From: an uncultured Nitrososphaerota archaeon
GTDB taxonomy: Archaea; Thermoproteota; Nitrososphaeria; Nitrososphaerales; Gagatemarchaeaceae
NCBI GenBank assembly: GCA_963718895.1
Contig: CAVRAG010000008.1
Coordinates: forward strand, 992,001-1,056,000
Reading direction: 5' to 3'
Length of the DNA: 64,000 nt
Shown here: piece after piece, positions 31,305-41,342 of the stretch
How the letters are laid out: each line of letters starts with the position of its first letter
Position numbering within the stretch: the stretch's first letter is position 1
Made by a program: the position numbers and the translations under genes
Notes under the pieces: model-generated
The model's database searches: none
What the model was told of the DNA's origin: nothing
Seen by the model: only the letters and a program-made list of their open reading frames with translations

Positions 31305-34055
31305 TCAAGGTTTGATCGTCACATAGTAAAGCTCGGTCACGCCCTGGGCCAAGACCCTGAGCACACCGAAGTTGACGTTCCCAGAGCTGTCGACCCAGGT
31401 GTAGACCGTGTTCGCGACGCTCCCGGGTCCGTAGTTCTGAAGCAGGTTGGTGACCTTGGCGATGGTCGTGTTCGCTCCTACTGCGGCGTACGAGACCGTC
31501 GCCACATTGTTCCAGATGGTCGGGTTTAGCGAGGTGACGTTCGCCAGCATGTACCCCTGGGCCGCGACGAGACTGTCAATCTGGCGTTCGGTCGTTCCTC
31601 TATTCTGCGTGACGGTTATGGACTGGTTGCTGGAGCCCAGAGCCAAGAACGCCGATGTGGCATCGGAGCCGACCCCGACTATCCCCGAGTTCGGGTTTAC
31701 AGCGGTCATGAACGGCAGCTGGGTTACCACCCCCGATGTTCCCGGGTTCGTATAGACAGCGACAAAATACGTCAGCTGCCCCCCCACCGAGTAGAGGAGA
31801 TAGGAACCAATTCTGTAGTTGGGGAGGAGTGTGAGCTGTGTCCTAACGGCCTGGTTTGTCGTGAGGGCGTTCTCTGCCGCGGAGGGGCCGATTACCGGCG
31901 TGGAGGATGATGGATTCTGGTAGAGGTCGATGGTGCCGAGCTTATCTCCGCCATACGCAATGTACAGCCCTGCGAGGTTCTTGCTCACGGCACCTTGATA
32001 CTGCACGAGCTGGATGCCGACGAAGTACGTCTGAGTGCCCACGGCGAACGGGATGTACTGAACGGTGTTGTTCGCCGGGCGCTCATAGAACTGCGTCCCG
32101 CCCCTGAAGACGAACGGGTCGCTCACGTGGTAGACGAAGTCGTAGTCCAGCTGACCAGGAACGGAAGGAGTCCCCAGCAGCTGCTCGGGGTACCGTATCT
32201 GAGGCACGAGCCAGGCCGGAGGCGCCTGCCAGCTACTGTAGTAGTTCTGGTAGTACTGCGTGAGGAAGTCCGAGCTGTTCGTCCCTCCCATGAGATTTGA
32301 GACCGTGTAGCCCTGCATCGACCCGTCCTGGATGTTCACCAATACCACCCCGAAGAACCGGAGGTAGGGGCTCGCGGAGAAGCCTGACTGGAGAGGGTAG
32401 TTGATGTAGACCTGGACGGCATAGTAGAGGCTCTTCCCGTCAGAGACGATGTAGGCGGCGGGGTCCATGGTCAGGCCAGGGATGAGGATGTCCCCCACCC
32501 TAGCGAAGATGTTCCTATTCCAGAGCATGTTGATTGACTCGCTCGAGAAGGCAAACCCGAGCTGCCCTTCCGCGAAGGTGAACCATAACGTCTTCTGCCA
32601 GCCGCTCAGCGTGTAGTCCGGCGTCCCTGGATAGGCGACGTTCTGAATCTCGTCGTAGCCGGGCACGTGTACGTAGACGCTCTGGTTGAACCCCGCGCCT
32701 TCTCCGTAGTAGATCAGGGGCTCGCTGGGTATGCCGAAGGCCGTCGTCGCGTTCACCACGGCCCCGGTGTGCGTGTTTATCACCAGTACCTTTGCCGCGT
32801 GTGTGTAGATCAGATGCTCGCTGATCCAGTCCGTCGAAGGGAAGGTCGGCGTGGTCGGGGAGACCCAGTACTCCGTGCCGTTATAGAATACGATCTCCGA
32901 GCTGGCGAGGCCCATCCAGTTGTATGCTCCTATCTCCTTGGTGTTCGTTACTGCGGCCGCGGTCTGGTCCCATTGCCTGACGAGGTTGAGGGTCGTGGTG
33001 GGGTTGCTGGTTGGCAGGGAGGTAATGTTGCTAACGTCGATGTTGTTCAACCCGGCCGACCACCTCGTCACGGTGATCTCCTTCTGGGTCTGGGGCGTCC
33101 ACTGGTAAGGGATGTAGTTGTTGTTCCAGTTGAAGAAGAGGTACGCTCCCGCGCCCACCTGAATCACGAGGACGATGGCAAAGACGACGGCGATGATCTT
33201 GAAGACGTTGACCCTCATCGCGAGAAGGTCTCTCCTCCGGGATGCGTAGAAGTAGCCCGTGACCGAGAAGGCGAAGAGGGTCCACGCTATCCCGTAGACG
33301 TAGGGCGTCGCTATGTTCATCAGCCAATACGGGGCTCCGATTATCACCTCGAGGATTATCGCCGCGGCGATGGCTAGCAGGTTCTTGATCCAGATCTCGC
33401 TCCTCCTCGTCGGTAGGTTGGTGAAGAACCGTAGCACCATCCTAATCGCGAAGATTAGCAGAAAGGCGGAGATCACATAGGAGGTGACGGCGTACTGGAC
33501 CTGCATGGCCGGCATGAGCGTGACGAGCTCCTGACCCGACGCTGGGAAGAGTGGAAGCACGAAGATTCTCGGCACGCTCGACCAGCTCCCGATGCCCATG
33601 GTCGCCATCATGATCGAGTTCATCGTCTCCCCGAGGAGCGGGACCCCGTGAACGGCCACGAACGCGTAGAAACCGAAAGCCCACTTGATCGTCTGCCAGA
33701 GAGCCCAGAGCCAGGTGTTCATCTTCCCGTCGCTCCTCGGTCTCTCCTCCTGCTCGAACTCGTCCCGCCTCATCCGCCTTCCCAGCACCTCGATCAGACC
33801 CCTCAGGTCGCTCCCTCCCACTTTGGGGTAGACCAAGAGTAACGCGAAGAGGGCCGCCGCTACGAAGACGTAGTCGTGGTAGAACGTGATGCCGAACCAG
33901 TTGAGGTCGGCCTTGGTCGAGTAGACCGACTCCGCGATCGACCACTGGAGGATGACCCAGGCGATCGAGAGGATTATGGTCACGCCTATGACGGCGAGCA
34001 GCACCCAGGTCAGCCCCCTGCCGAACCTGAATCTCCTAGGCTCCTCTGCTTCCAT
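31305..34055 (-). CDS. UPF0182 family membrane protein
   Basis: Multi-TM N-terminus; VRQWD, HLIYTH, IYYGE, IRYPE. Confidence 0.85.
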   Translation of the reverse strand: MEAEEPRRFRFGRGLTWVLLAVIGVTIILSIAWVILQWSIAESVYSTKADLNWFGITFYHDYVFVAAALFALLLVYPKVGGSDLRGLIEVLGRRMRRDEFEQEERPRSDGKMNTWLWALWQTIKWAFGFYAFVAVHGVPLLGETMNSIMMATMGIGSWSSVPRIFVLPLFPASGQELVTLMPAMQVQYAVTSYVISAFLLIFAIRMVLRFFTNLPTRRSEIWIKNLLAIAAAIILEVIIGAPYWLMNIATPYVYGIAWTLFAFSVTGYFYASRRRDLLAMRVNVFKIIAVVFAIVLVIQVGAGAYLFFNWNNNYIPYQWTPQTQKEITVTRWSAGLNNIDVSNITSLPTSNPTTTLNLVRQWDQTAAAVTNTKEIGAYNWMGLASSEIVFYNGTEYWVSPTTPTFPSTDWISEHLIYTHAAKVLVINTHTGAVVNATTAFGIPSEPLIYYGEGAGFNQSVYVHVPGYDEIQNVAYPGTPDYTLSGWQKTLWFTFAEGQLGFAFSSESINMLWNRNIFARVGDILIPGLTMDPAAYIVSDGKSLYYAVQVYINYPLQSGFSASPYLRFFGVVLVNIQDGSMQGYTVSNLMGGTNSSDFLTQYYQNYYSSWQAPPAWLVPQIRYPEQLLGTPSVPGQLDYDFVYHVSDPFVFRGGTQFYERPANNTVQYIPFAVGTQTYFVGIQLVQYQGAVSKNLAGLYIAYGGDKLGTIDLYQNPSSSTPVIGPSAAENALTTNQAVRTQLTLLPNYRIGSYLLYSVGGQLTYFVAVYTNPGTSGVVTQLPFMTAVNPNSGIVGVGSDATSAFLALGSSNQSITVTQNRGTTERQIDSLVAAQGYMLANVTSLNPTIWNNVATVSYAAVGANTTIAKVTNLLQNYGPGSVANTVYTWVDSSGNVNFGVLRVLAQGVTELYYVTIKP

Positions 34056-34372
34056 TCACAAGACAAGACGGATTGGGGCTATTTATTGATGGTTAGGCAA
34101 TCCCGGGAAAGCATGAGACCGGACATCTTCCAGACAGACATCGGGTCCTGATGCGAACAACCTGAGCGTCGAGCGGGACAAGCCGCCGGGAAGACCGGCG
34201 GGCGATCTGGATTCCAAGGGAATTCATATGAATCTCAAGTTAATCTCGAGATACGCTCCAAGAAGCTCGGGTCATGCATGGGTTCGCCGTACTCGCGACC
34301 TCACAAGGCAGGAAAGACGGACAGGTGGCTAGGCTCTAACTCTTTTAACCTGAGGCGATTAGGCGACCCCGT

Positions 34373-34508
34373 GGGCCGGTAGTCTAGTCTGGAAGGATAC
34401 AGCAGGGCGTCCAACCCCTTGGCAAGACAGACTCCCATAGTGGGGGAGGTCGGGGGTTCGAGTCTCATCGCCGAAGAGCGATGGGCGAATATCCCCCCCG
34501 GTCCACCA
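34373..34508 (+). tRNA. tRNA-Ala(GGC) with three introns: 27/28 (34401-34414), 37/38 (34425-34440), 59/60 (34463-34491); CCA encoded
   Basis: Acceptor GGGCCGG/CCGGTCC with G3:U70; spliced anticodon arm CCCCC-TTGGCAT-GGGGG; BHB helices GGAT/GTCC and TTCG/CGAA; TTTTAA at 34343. Confidence 0.92.
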
Positions 34509-34629
34509 AATTTCTCCGACTCTGCAGTTTGACGATTGCGTCTCTGGGACAGGTTCGCCAGATGAAAGCGTGTTCAAGCTCCTTAAGAGTCTCCTGATGT
34601 GCATGGTCGCACAGGTCAGGTGATATGGC

Positions 34630-35622
34630 GTGAGAGACGTAGCCATCGAAAATAGAGAGGTGACATGGAAGGTTCTTGACCTCCCAGTTTATGGAACCAT
34701 CACGGCGCCAGCCGACGGCGGGGTTCACCCCGCAGTTGTGTTCGTCGCAGGTAGCGGCCCAACCGACAGGGACTGGTGTTCGCCTCTCCTTCCTGGATCC
34801 AACGGGAGCGCCAAGCTCTTGGCCGAATCTCTCGCAAGCCAGGGCTTTCTCACCCTGCGCTACGACAAACTTGCCTCTGGACCGCACGTCAAAGAGAACT
34901 TGGCCAGATTTGCGGGCAAGCTAAGCATGCAAACTCACATGGACGAACTGTCGGGGGCCGTCGAGACGGCGGTCTCTGAGAAGAGCGTGGACAAGGATAG
35001 GCTCTATGTGCTGACGAACAGCGAAGGCGCCATACATGCGGTGAACTACCAGCTTCAGGCAAAGGGCAATCGCTTCAGTGGACTGGTGCTGACCGGAGTC
35101 CCTGGAAGGGCGATTGGTCCGGTGGGTCGCAGCCAGATTCTCAGTCAAGTCAGATACCTGCCCGACGCGGAGGGAATCATGAAGCACTACGACCAAGCCA
35201 TCGCGGACTTTCTGTCCGGTAGGCCGATGGTCATGGATCCGTCCCTTCCCGAAGGCTTAAGGCTGGTGCTGCACAGTCTGGAGAATCCAAACAATCTTCC
35301 GTTTGCTCGAGAGTTGTGGACCTACAGCCTGCCAGAATTCATCGCAAAAGTCAGCAATCCCATGCTGATCCTGATCGGCAAGAAGGACCTTCAAATCGAC
35401 TGGAAGGTGGACGGAGCAGCACTGGAGACGGCCACCGCCCAAGAAAGGGCTGCGTCGTTTGCCTATCCGGAAGACGCCAACCACGTACTGAAGCACGAGG
35501 AGAAACCCATGGAGGAACTCACCGCCCAATACGTCGGTCTACACTACAATGCCCCAGACGCAGAGCTTGATGAGGAAGCCGCCGCTGCTATCTTGGACTG
35601 GCTGGCCAGGCACAGCAACTAG
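34630..35622 (+). CDS. Alpha/beta hydrolase
   Basis: GSGPTDRD, RYDK, TNSEG nucleophile elbow, DLQI, NHVLK. Confidence 0.85.
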   Translation: MRDVAIENREVTWKVLDLPVYGTITAPADGGVHPAVVFVAGSGPTDRDWCSPLLPGSNGSAKLLAESLASQGFLTLRYDKLASGPHVKENLARFAGKLSMQTHMDELSGAVETAVSEKSVDKDRLYVLTNSEGAIHAVNYQLQAKGNRFSGLVLTGVPGRAIGPVGRSQILSQVRYLPDAEGIMKHYDQAIADFLSGRPMVMDPSLPEGLRLVLHSLENPNNLPFARELWTYSLPEFIAKVSNPMLILIGKKDLQIDWKVDGAALETATAQERAASFAYPEDANHVLKHEEKPMEELTAQYVGLHYNAPDAELDEEAAAAILDWLARHSN

Positions 35623-35637
35623 GGAGCGAGCGAGCGG

Positions 35638-36015
35638 TCACTTTTCGGACTTCTCTCGTTCCTTGATATCCTCCTCTATCTTCCTGGCCCCTCCTTCGAC
35701 ACGCTCTAGCCCCTCCCTCCAGACCATCGCCAGTATCGGTCCAAGCGTAAAGACGAGTGAAGTTATCACCGAACCGACTGAGACGAAAGCCATGATCGAA
35801 GCGAAGATCTTCCCAGCGTCGGTGTTCAGCTGGAGAGGGGGCCCCTGTCCCGTCGCGAGCATGCTCTCGAAGTAGAGAGCGTTGACGTAGTTCATCCCTT
35901 CCAAGAGGTGGAACCCGATGATCCCGACAATCATCACCAACACTATCCCGCAGATGGCGTAGACAGCTCTCCTCAGCGCCGTCTGAGTGTAGATTGGCTG
36001 ACTAGGCGAACTCAT
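35638..36015 (-). CDS. Small two-TM potassium-channel-like protein
   Basis: GIIGFHLLEGMNYVNALYF..ATGQGP..GKIFAS TM-pore-TM layout. Confidence 0.7.
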   Translation of the reverse strand: MSSPSQPIYTQTALRRAVYAICGIVLVMIVGIIGFHLLEGMNYVNALYFESMLATGQGPPLQLNTDAGKIFASIMAFVSVGSVITSLVFTLGPILAMVWREGLERVEGGARKIEEDIKEREKSEK

Positions 36016-36078
36016 GGACCTCGAAGGGCCTGTTCCTGATAAATACCTAGCGAACAGGTCTAGGCAGCCTACGAGTCC

Positions 36079-36921
36079 CTAGTTGAACTCTTTTCTCTCG
36101 AAGAGAAAGAGGCCGACGACTGCCCCCAGAACCAGGTACACCACCATGATTGCCAACCCTTCTGGGACGGTAGCGTTGTAGGTGGGGAATGAGAAGCGTG
36201 CCCCTGGCCCCGTGGTGACGGCGGCAATGAAGTGCTGCGGATACGGGTTCATCAGGATGTTCCCGATGATGCCCTCTGCGTAGGATATGGAGAACCAGGG
36301 TTCTATCTTGATTAGGATCGTGGACAACTCGTCTACGACGGTGAAGACGAAAAGGAAGAGGATTACCGTTAGGAGTATCGAGATCGACGTGGTCTTGAAT
36401 AGGGAGCTGAACATGAACGTCACGCCGAGAGCCGTCAGAAGATAGAACCATGCGAAGAGGAAGGACTCTGCGAACTCAGTCGGCACGCCCATGCCGTAGT
36501 AGAGTGCGTTCGCTATGGTGATGGCCGCGAAGAGCGCGAGGATGAGCGTCGACGCGATGAACGCTGCCAGGTACTTCCCTATGTAGATGGTGGACCTTCG
36601 CACCGGGTTCGGGACCAGGAAGTAGCCGGTCTTGTTCTGGAACTCCCCCGCGATGGCGTCGCCCCCGAAGAAGACGACCGTAAGCAGAATCAATATGCTG
36701 ATGAAGCCGCCCCACCACGTGCCGTAGAACGCGAGCGGAGAGACCAGGAAGACCTGGGAACGGGTGTATGCGACCGCCACCGTCAGAGCGAGGTTGACGA
36801 GGATGACGATGAGCGCCATAACTAGGAACCTCCTCGCCCGGAAGTAGTTCAGGAAGGAGTACTTCGTGATAATCCCGAGCTGGGTGAAGGTTGAGGCTGT
36901 TCCCCTTTGAGCGTCAGTCAT
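36079..36921 (-). CDS. ABC-2 family permease
   Basis: DAIAGEFQNKTG..PVRRSTIYIGK; TM helices. Confidence 0.88.
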   Translation of the reverse strand: MTDAQRGTASTFTQLGIITKYSFLNYFRARRFLVMALIVILVNLALTVAVAYTRSQVFLVSPLAFYGTWWGGFISILILLTVVFFGGDAIAGEFQNKTGYFLVPNPVRRSTIYIGKYLAAFIASTLILALFAAITIANALYYGMGVPTEFAESFLFAWFYLLTALGVTFMFSSLFKTTSISILLTVILFLFVFTVVDELSTILIKIEPWFSISYAEGIIGNILMNPYPQHFIAAVTTGPGARFSFPTYNATVPEGLAIMVVYLVLGAVVGLFLFERKEFN

Positions 36922-36922
36922 G

Positions 36923-37870
36923 CTAGAGCGTCTCCTTGATCAGGTTGAGATAGACGTCCTCCAGTGCAGATGCCGCCGGTCTGTAGCTGACGACCTGCAG
37001 GTTCTGTTTCAGGAGCGCAGAGAGTATGCTCGCCTGTGCCTCTGGACCTCCCGTGAACCGGATCCTGACGTTCTTCGAGTCGATTCCCTCGGCGCCTACG
37101 ACGCCCGGAATCTTCGATATGGTGGAGGAGATGAGCGACGGGTCGAGCGGCCTCAGCAGGCCCGCATCTACGATGTTCGCGTCTCCAGAGAACCTTGTCG
37201 TCACGTTCGGGAGCGTGTCGTACACGATGAGCTTGCCGTGGTCGATTATCGCCACCTCGTCGCAGACCTCCGACACCTCGCTCAGGATGTGGGAGCTCAT
37301 GAAGATCAGCCTCTTCTGGCTCTTCAGGGATTTCACGATGTCCCTCACCTCGCTCATCCCACGGGGGTCGAGGCCCGTGCTGGGCTCGTCCAGTAGCAGT
37401 ATCGTCGGATCGTTGATTAGCGAAGAAGCGATGTCAACCCGCTGCTTCATTCCCTTGGAGAACTTGCCCACCCGCTTGTCCAGCCACTCTGTCATGCGCA
37501 CCTGAGCCATAGCGTCCTCTATCCGCTTCTTCCTCTCCGCCCTCGGGACTCCACGGATCTCGGCTATCATGCTCAGAGCCTCCCTCGGTGTCAGCGAGGG
37601 GTAGATCTCTGGCGTCTCTATCAGGGTCCCGACCGACTCAAGGGCCGCCTTCTTGTTGGTGTGGGCATTCTCTCCGTTGATGAACGCCTGGCCCGAGGAG
37701 GGTTTTATCAGGTCGGTGAGCATCTTCAGCGTGGTCGTCTTGCCGGCACCGTTTGGACCTAGGAAACCGACGCACTTCGCCCCCTCGATTTTGAGGTTGA
37801 GGTTCGAGACCGCCGTAAAAGAGCCGTAGGCCTTCGAGAGGTTGACTATGTCGATTGATGGGTTTGTCAT
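36923..37870 (-). CDS. ABC transporter ATP-binding protein
   Basis: GPNGAGKT, FSKGM, LLDEP, SSH. Confidence 0.93.
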   Translation of the reverse strand: MTNPSIDIVNLSKAYGSFTAVSNLNLKIEGAKCVGFLGPNGAGKTTTLKMLTDLIKPSSGQAFINGENAHTNKKAALESVGTLIETPEIYPSLTPREALSMIAEIRGVPRAERKKRIEDAMAQVRMTEWLDKRVGKFSKGMKQRVDIASSLINDPTILLLDEPSTGLDPRGMSEVRDIVKSLKSQKRLIFMSSHILSEVSEVCDEVAIIDHGKLIVYDTLPNVTTRFSGDANIVDAGLLRPLDPSLISSTISKIPGVVGAEGIDSKNVRIRFTGGPEAQASILSALLKQNLQVVSYRPAASALEDVYLNLIKETL

Positions 37871-37887
37871 GCGGCTCTACCCTTGTG

Positions 37888-39003
37888 CTATTGGCCGATA
37901 CCGAGGGTGTTGCCTATGCCTGCGATGAGCACCTTGTCGCCTTCCTTCGTCCTCTCGTCGATCAGGTGCCTCACCATGACGACCGACTTGTCCACCGCGT
38001 CGGCCAGCTCCTTCCTCATCGCAGTCAGCGTCTCGACGTCGCCCTGCTTGATCAGGATCGCGTAGACCGGGATGTGGTGCCTTGCGGAGACCTCCTCGAT
38101 GTCGAACTTCTCGACGCCCAATCCGCCTATGGCAGCGCCGACTCCCTGGGCGATCTCGCCGCTCTGCTCCCCCTCGAACTTCTGGGCGGCGTCGACCATG
38201 ACGATCAGGTTGAGCGGGACCGACATCTCCTCGACTAGGCGTTGGAGGCCGACGTGTGGTTCACCAACGTATCCCATCGGGCCCTCGGCCTTCATGACGT
38301 AGACCGTCCTCCCGTTGTACTCTGTCTTCGCCATGACAGTGTCCTTGGCGATCCTCTGGGTCGGCGCGCCGTTGATTAGCTTTGAAGCGAGCAGGGGGCC
38401 GACTCCGTCCCCAATCGGCTGCGCGAGCTTGAAGGTCTCCGTCGCCTTGGAGAGCGCTCCGGCCATCTCCATTATCTGGGGCAGGACCATCTGGAGCTGG
38501 AATATCGCGATGAAGGAGTTCGTTTTCTTGCTGGTCAGGTAGTAGTGTCTCACAACCTTGTGGATGATGTTCAGCGTGCTGGAGATCTCCACAAGATTGG
38601 CGGCAACCGAGACTTTGACCGGGTCGTCCGTCCCGAGAAGAGCCTGGACCTCGGACCTGACCCTCTCCTCGCCGGTCTTGGTGATGTGCTCGAGCTTGTT
38701 GACCAGCCCGGCCGGGTCCATGCTCACCGGCGGTATCGTGACGTATTCCAGGAACTGGGTGAGGCGCTCAGAGACGCCCTGGCTGTTCTTCGTGATTCCG
38801 AGGAAATAGTCCATGGTCTGCTTCACCGAGGTGTCCTTCATCACCACGAGCTTCTTCAGGGACCTCGTGACGCTCGTCTCGGCCACGTAGAACTGAATCC
38901 TCTGACCGTACATCATGAAGACGAAGAAGAATCCGTAGGTGATGAAGGTGACGACGGTACTTAGGCTGACGCCCGGAAAGAGGCTCGAAACGGTGCTAGA
39001 CAA
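37888..39003 (-). CDS. DUF1512 family archaeal protein
   Basis: PIGDGVGP, MVDAAQKFEGE, GIGNTLGIGQ. Confidence 0.8.
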   Translation of the reverse strand: MSSTVSSLFPGVSLSTVVTFITYGFFFVFMMYGQRIQFYVAETSVTRSLKKLVVMKDTSVKQTMDYFLGITKNSQGVSERLTQFLEYVTIPPVSMDPAGLVNKLEHITKTGEERVRSEVQALLGTDDPVKVSVAANLVEISSTLNIIHKVVRHYYLTSKKTNSFIAIFQLQMVLPQIMEMAGALSKATETFKLAQPIGDGVGPLLASKLINGAPTQRIAKDTVMAKTEYNGRTVYVMKAEGPMGYVGEPHVGLQRLVEEMSVPLNLIVMVDAAQKFEGEQSGEIAQGVGAAIGGLGVEKFDIEEVSARHHIPVYAILIKQGDVETLTAMRKELADAVDKSVVMVRHLIDERTKEGDKVLIAGIGNTLGIGQ

Positions 39004-39126
39004 GTGGGAAACTCTTTGGTTTTGGGAAAACTCTGGCTATTTAACGATATTGATACCGATATAGTATCTCAGAAGGGGGCTCTCTCGGTGATCCGAGTCT
39101 CGGAGACGAACGCAGACGCGCCAAGG

Positions 39127-39522
39127 CTACTTCAGTGGGACGTAGAGGCTCGAGCGGCTCGCGCCGATGCCTGGGGTCCCGTGGACGACCTTCTTGTTGG
39201 TGATCACGTATTCGCCAAGGTAGTGGCCTATCATGTCCGGCTTGATCTCGAGGGCCACGAACTCCTTCCCGCTGTGCACGCTTATCTTCGCTCCAACCAT
39301 GACGGGGAGGATGATCATGTCCCTCGCATGAGTCCGAATGGCGCTCTCCAGCTTGCCATCCTTCTGAGCACGGATGTCTTCTAGCAGCTTCCTCTTGTCG
39401 TCGGAGATGCCCCTGTTGAGCGACCTTCTCGCCCTCGATGGCAGCAGCTGAAGAATGGCCTCGGTCGACATCGAGTTGAGCTGGTCCAGCGAGTAGCCGC
39501 GGTACCTGAACTCCTTCGGCAT
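39127..39522 (-). CDS. rps19: 30S ribosomal protein uS19
   Basis: [32 protein letters not shown]. Confidence 0.97.
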   Translation of the reverse strand: MPKEFRYRGYSLDQLNSMSTEAILQLLPSRARRSLNRGISDDKRKLLEDIRAQKDGKLESAIRTHARDMIILPVMVGAKISVHSGKEFVALEIKPDMIGHYLGEYVITNKKVVHGTPGIGASRSSLYVPLK

Positions 39523-40269
39523 CTACCTCTCTACCTCCGTGCTCGCCCTCGCCAACCGTTTCCTGCCGGTCTTTCGGGGAGCTATAAGCCCTACCTTTCT
39601 TCCCGGAGGAGCGTTCCTCGAGGTGCTGGTGGACTTGCCCGGGTGCTGGTGCCTGCCTCCTCCGAACGGGTGGTAGACGACCGCCATCGCGATTCCTCTC
39701 ATCCTCGGATACGGCCTGCCAGACGCCTGCATAGCATGATATCTCGGGCCTGCACGCATGAAAGGCTTCTCGAGCCTTCCTCCGCCCGCTATCTCGCCGA
39801 CCGTCGCCCTGCACTTCTCGTCGACCAGTATGCTCTTCCCCGACGGGAGTCTTAGTATCGCCTTGCCGTTACCCTTGGAGAAGAGAACGGCCGAACCGCC
39901 CGATGCCCTGACCAGTTTCCCGCCGTCGCCGGCCCTGAGCTCGATGTTGGAGATTCTGGTGCCTTCTGGGATTGTCTGAAGCGGGAGGATGTTTCCGGTC
40001 GAGGCTGGCGCCTGCGACCCGAGCGAGATCTGGTTTCCCACCGTGAGACCGCTCACGGCCGGGATGTAAGCGTAGTTCCCGGTGCCGTACTCTAGCTGGG
40101 CGAGAGGCGCCGTCCGACCCCGCTCGTCCAGAATCGCCTTCACGAGAAGCTTCTGCTCGCCTTCTGTCGGAAGGTTGGGATACCTGACTGGGGCAATCTT
40201 GCCCTTGTGTGGAACGCGCCACTGTATGCCGCCCTTTCCCCGTCTTCTCTGTAGAATTCGTTTGCCCAA
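39523..40269 (-). CDS. rpl2: 50S ribosomal protein uL2
   Basis: MGKRILQRRRG, HPFGGGRHQH, PPGRKVG. Confidence 0.97.
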   Translation of the reverse strand: MGKRILQRRRGKGGIQWRVPHKGKIAPVRYPNLPTEGEQKLLVKAILDERGRTAPLAQLEYGTGNYAYIPAVSGLTVGNQISLGSQAPASTGNILPLQTIPEGTRISNIELRAGDGGKLVRASGGSAVLFSKGNGKAILRLPSGKSILVDEKCRATVGEIAGGGRLEKPFMRAGPRYHAMQASGRPYPRMRGIAMAVVYHPFGGGRHQHPGKSTSTSRNAPPGRKVGLIAPRKTGRKRLARASTEVER

Positions 40270-40273
40270 CTTG

Positions 40274-40540
40274 TTACACCAATCCCAGTTTTGTCGCTAG
40301 CGTCGCTGCGGAGCTCTCCTCCGTCAGCCGCACGAAGGCCTTCTTTCCGGTCAGGGTCCTGGTCGTGTTGACCGTCTCGACCTTGACCTCATAGAGAGCC
40401 TCTACGGCGCCGGCGATCTGCGTCTTCGAGGCAGAGTCCAGCACTATGAAGCAGAGCTTGTTCTCTCGCTCTATCTGCTCGAAGGTCCTCTCTGTGAGAT
40501 AGGGCCTCAGGACTATCTTCTGAGCGTCTTCAAGCCTCAA
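40274..40540 (-). CDS. rpl23: 50S ribosomal protein uL23
   Basis: PYLTER, ENKLCFIV, KKAFVRL. Confidence 0.96.
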   Translation of the reverse strand: MRLEDAQKIVLRPYLTERTFEQIERENKLCFIVLDSASKTQIAGAVEALYEVKVETVNTTRTLTGKKAFVRLTEESSAATLATKLGLV

Positions 40541-41342
40541 GCTTCATCTCAACTCCTTTCGTCCTAGACCGCAGCACGTCGAACGACGATTCTGTCCAGA
40601 ATGTGAGCCTCCCCGCCACGCCCGCTGGCGCCAGGTGGAGCACACTGAGGCTGTCCACTGTGACGACCTTGGCTCCGGGTATCGCCTCCGCGGCCTTGCC
40701 GACGCCTCGGTCGTTCGTGACGACGATGAGAGGTCCAATCGGCTCCTTGTAGGCGCGTCCGCGCATCCTCGGCTTGCCCGACCGTCTCTTCACTCCGCCA
40801 TAGAGGCGCTTCAGCTCGTCGGTGAGCCCGACCTTCTCGAAGAACGAGTGGAGCTCCGAGGTCTTTGAGATGCTCTCTATGTCGTCGGTGACGACCAGCG
40901 GGAACCCCAGGGTGCCGACCCTGTGGCCCCTCCATGCGACTGCGTTCGCGTCGCCCGTGAACGCGATCGCGGTCTCGAGTGCCAGCTTCTTCTCCTTCTT
41001 GTTGATCTTGTTGTAGATTACCTTCTCGGACTTCGGAGGATGCGGCAGCCTTCCGCCCACGACGCTGGCGACGCCTGCGGCCTGCCCTGCCCGCCGACTC
41101 CGTTCCCCCTTGACCCGCGGAATCCTCGATATCCCACGCCCAGTCGGTGGCCATCCGCTCTCGGCGCTCGTCTTCTCTCCAGCTTCAGGGTCTCTTCCGT
41201 AGGCCTGGAGTCCGTGGGACCTCAGTATCCAGAACGCCCTGATGATGATGTCCGGCCGGAGAGGCCGGGAGAAGACGTCGGGAACCTCGATTTCCTTGGT
41301 CGGCTTGCCTTCCAGGTCCAGGATGTTGGCCATTTCGCTCAT
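40530..41342 (-). CDS. rpl4: 50S ribosomal protein uL4
   Basis: RPDII, TSAES, GGRLPHPP, LHLAP. Confidence 0.96.
   Translation of the reverse strand: MSEMANILDLEGKPTKEIEVPDVFSRPLRPDIIIRAFWILRSHGLQAYGRDPEAGEKTSAESGWPPTGRGISRIPRVKGERSRRAGQAAGVASVVGGRLPHPPKSEKVIYNKINKKEKKLALETAIAFTGDANAVAWRGHRVGTLGFPLVVTDDIESISKTSELHSFFEKVGLTDELKRLYGGVKRRSGKPRMRGRAYKEPIGPLIVVTNDRGVGKAAEAIPGAKVVTVDSLSVLHLAPAGVAGRLTFWTESSFDVLRSRTKGVEMKLEA

Noticed and set aside
34509-35622. Integrated element at tRNA-Ala
   Set aside because: GC is slightly lower, but I saw no integrase and no duplicated tRNA 3' end
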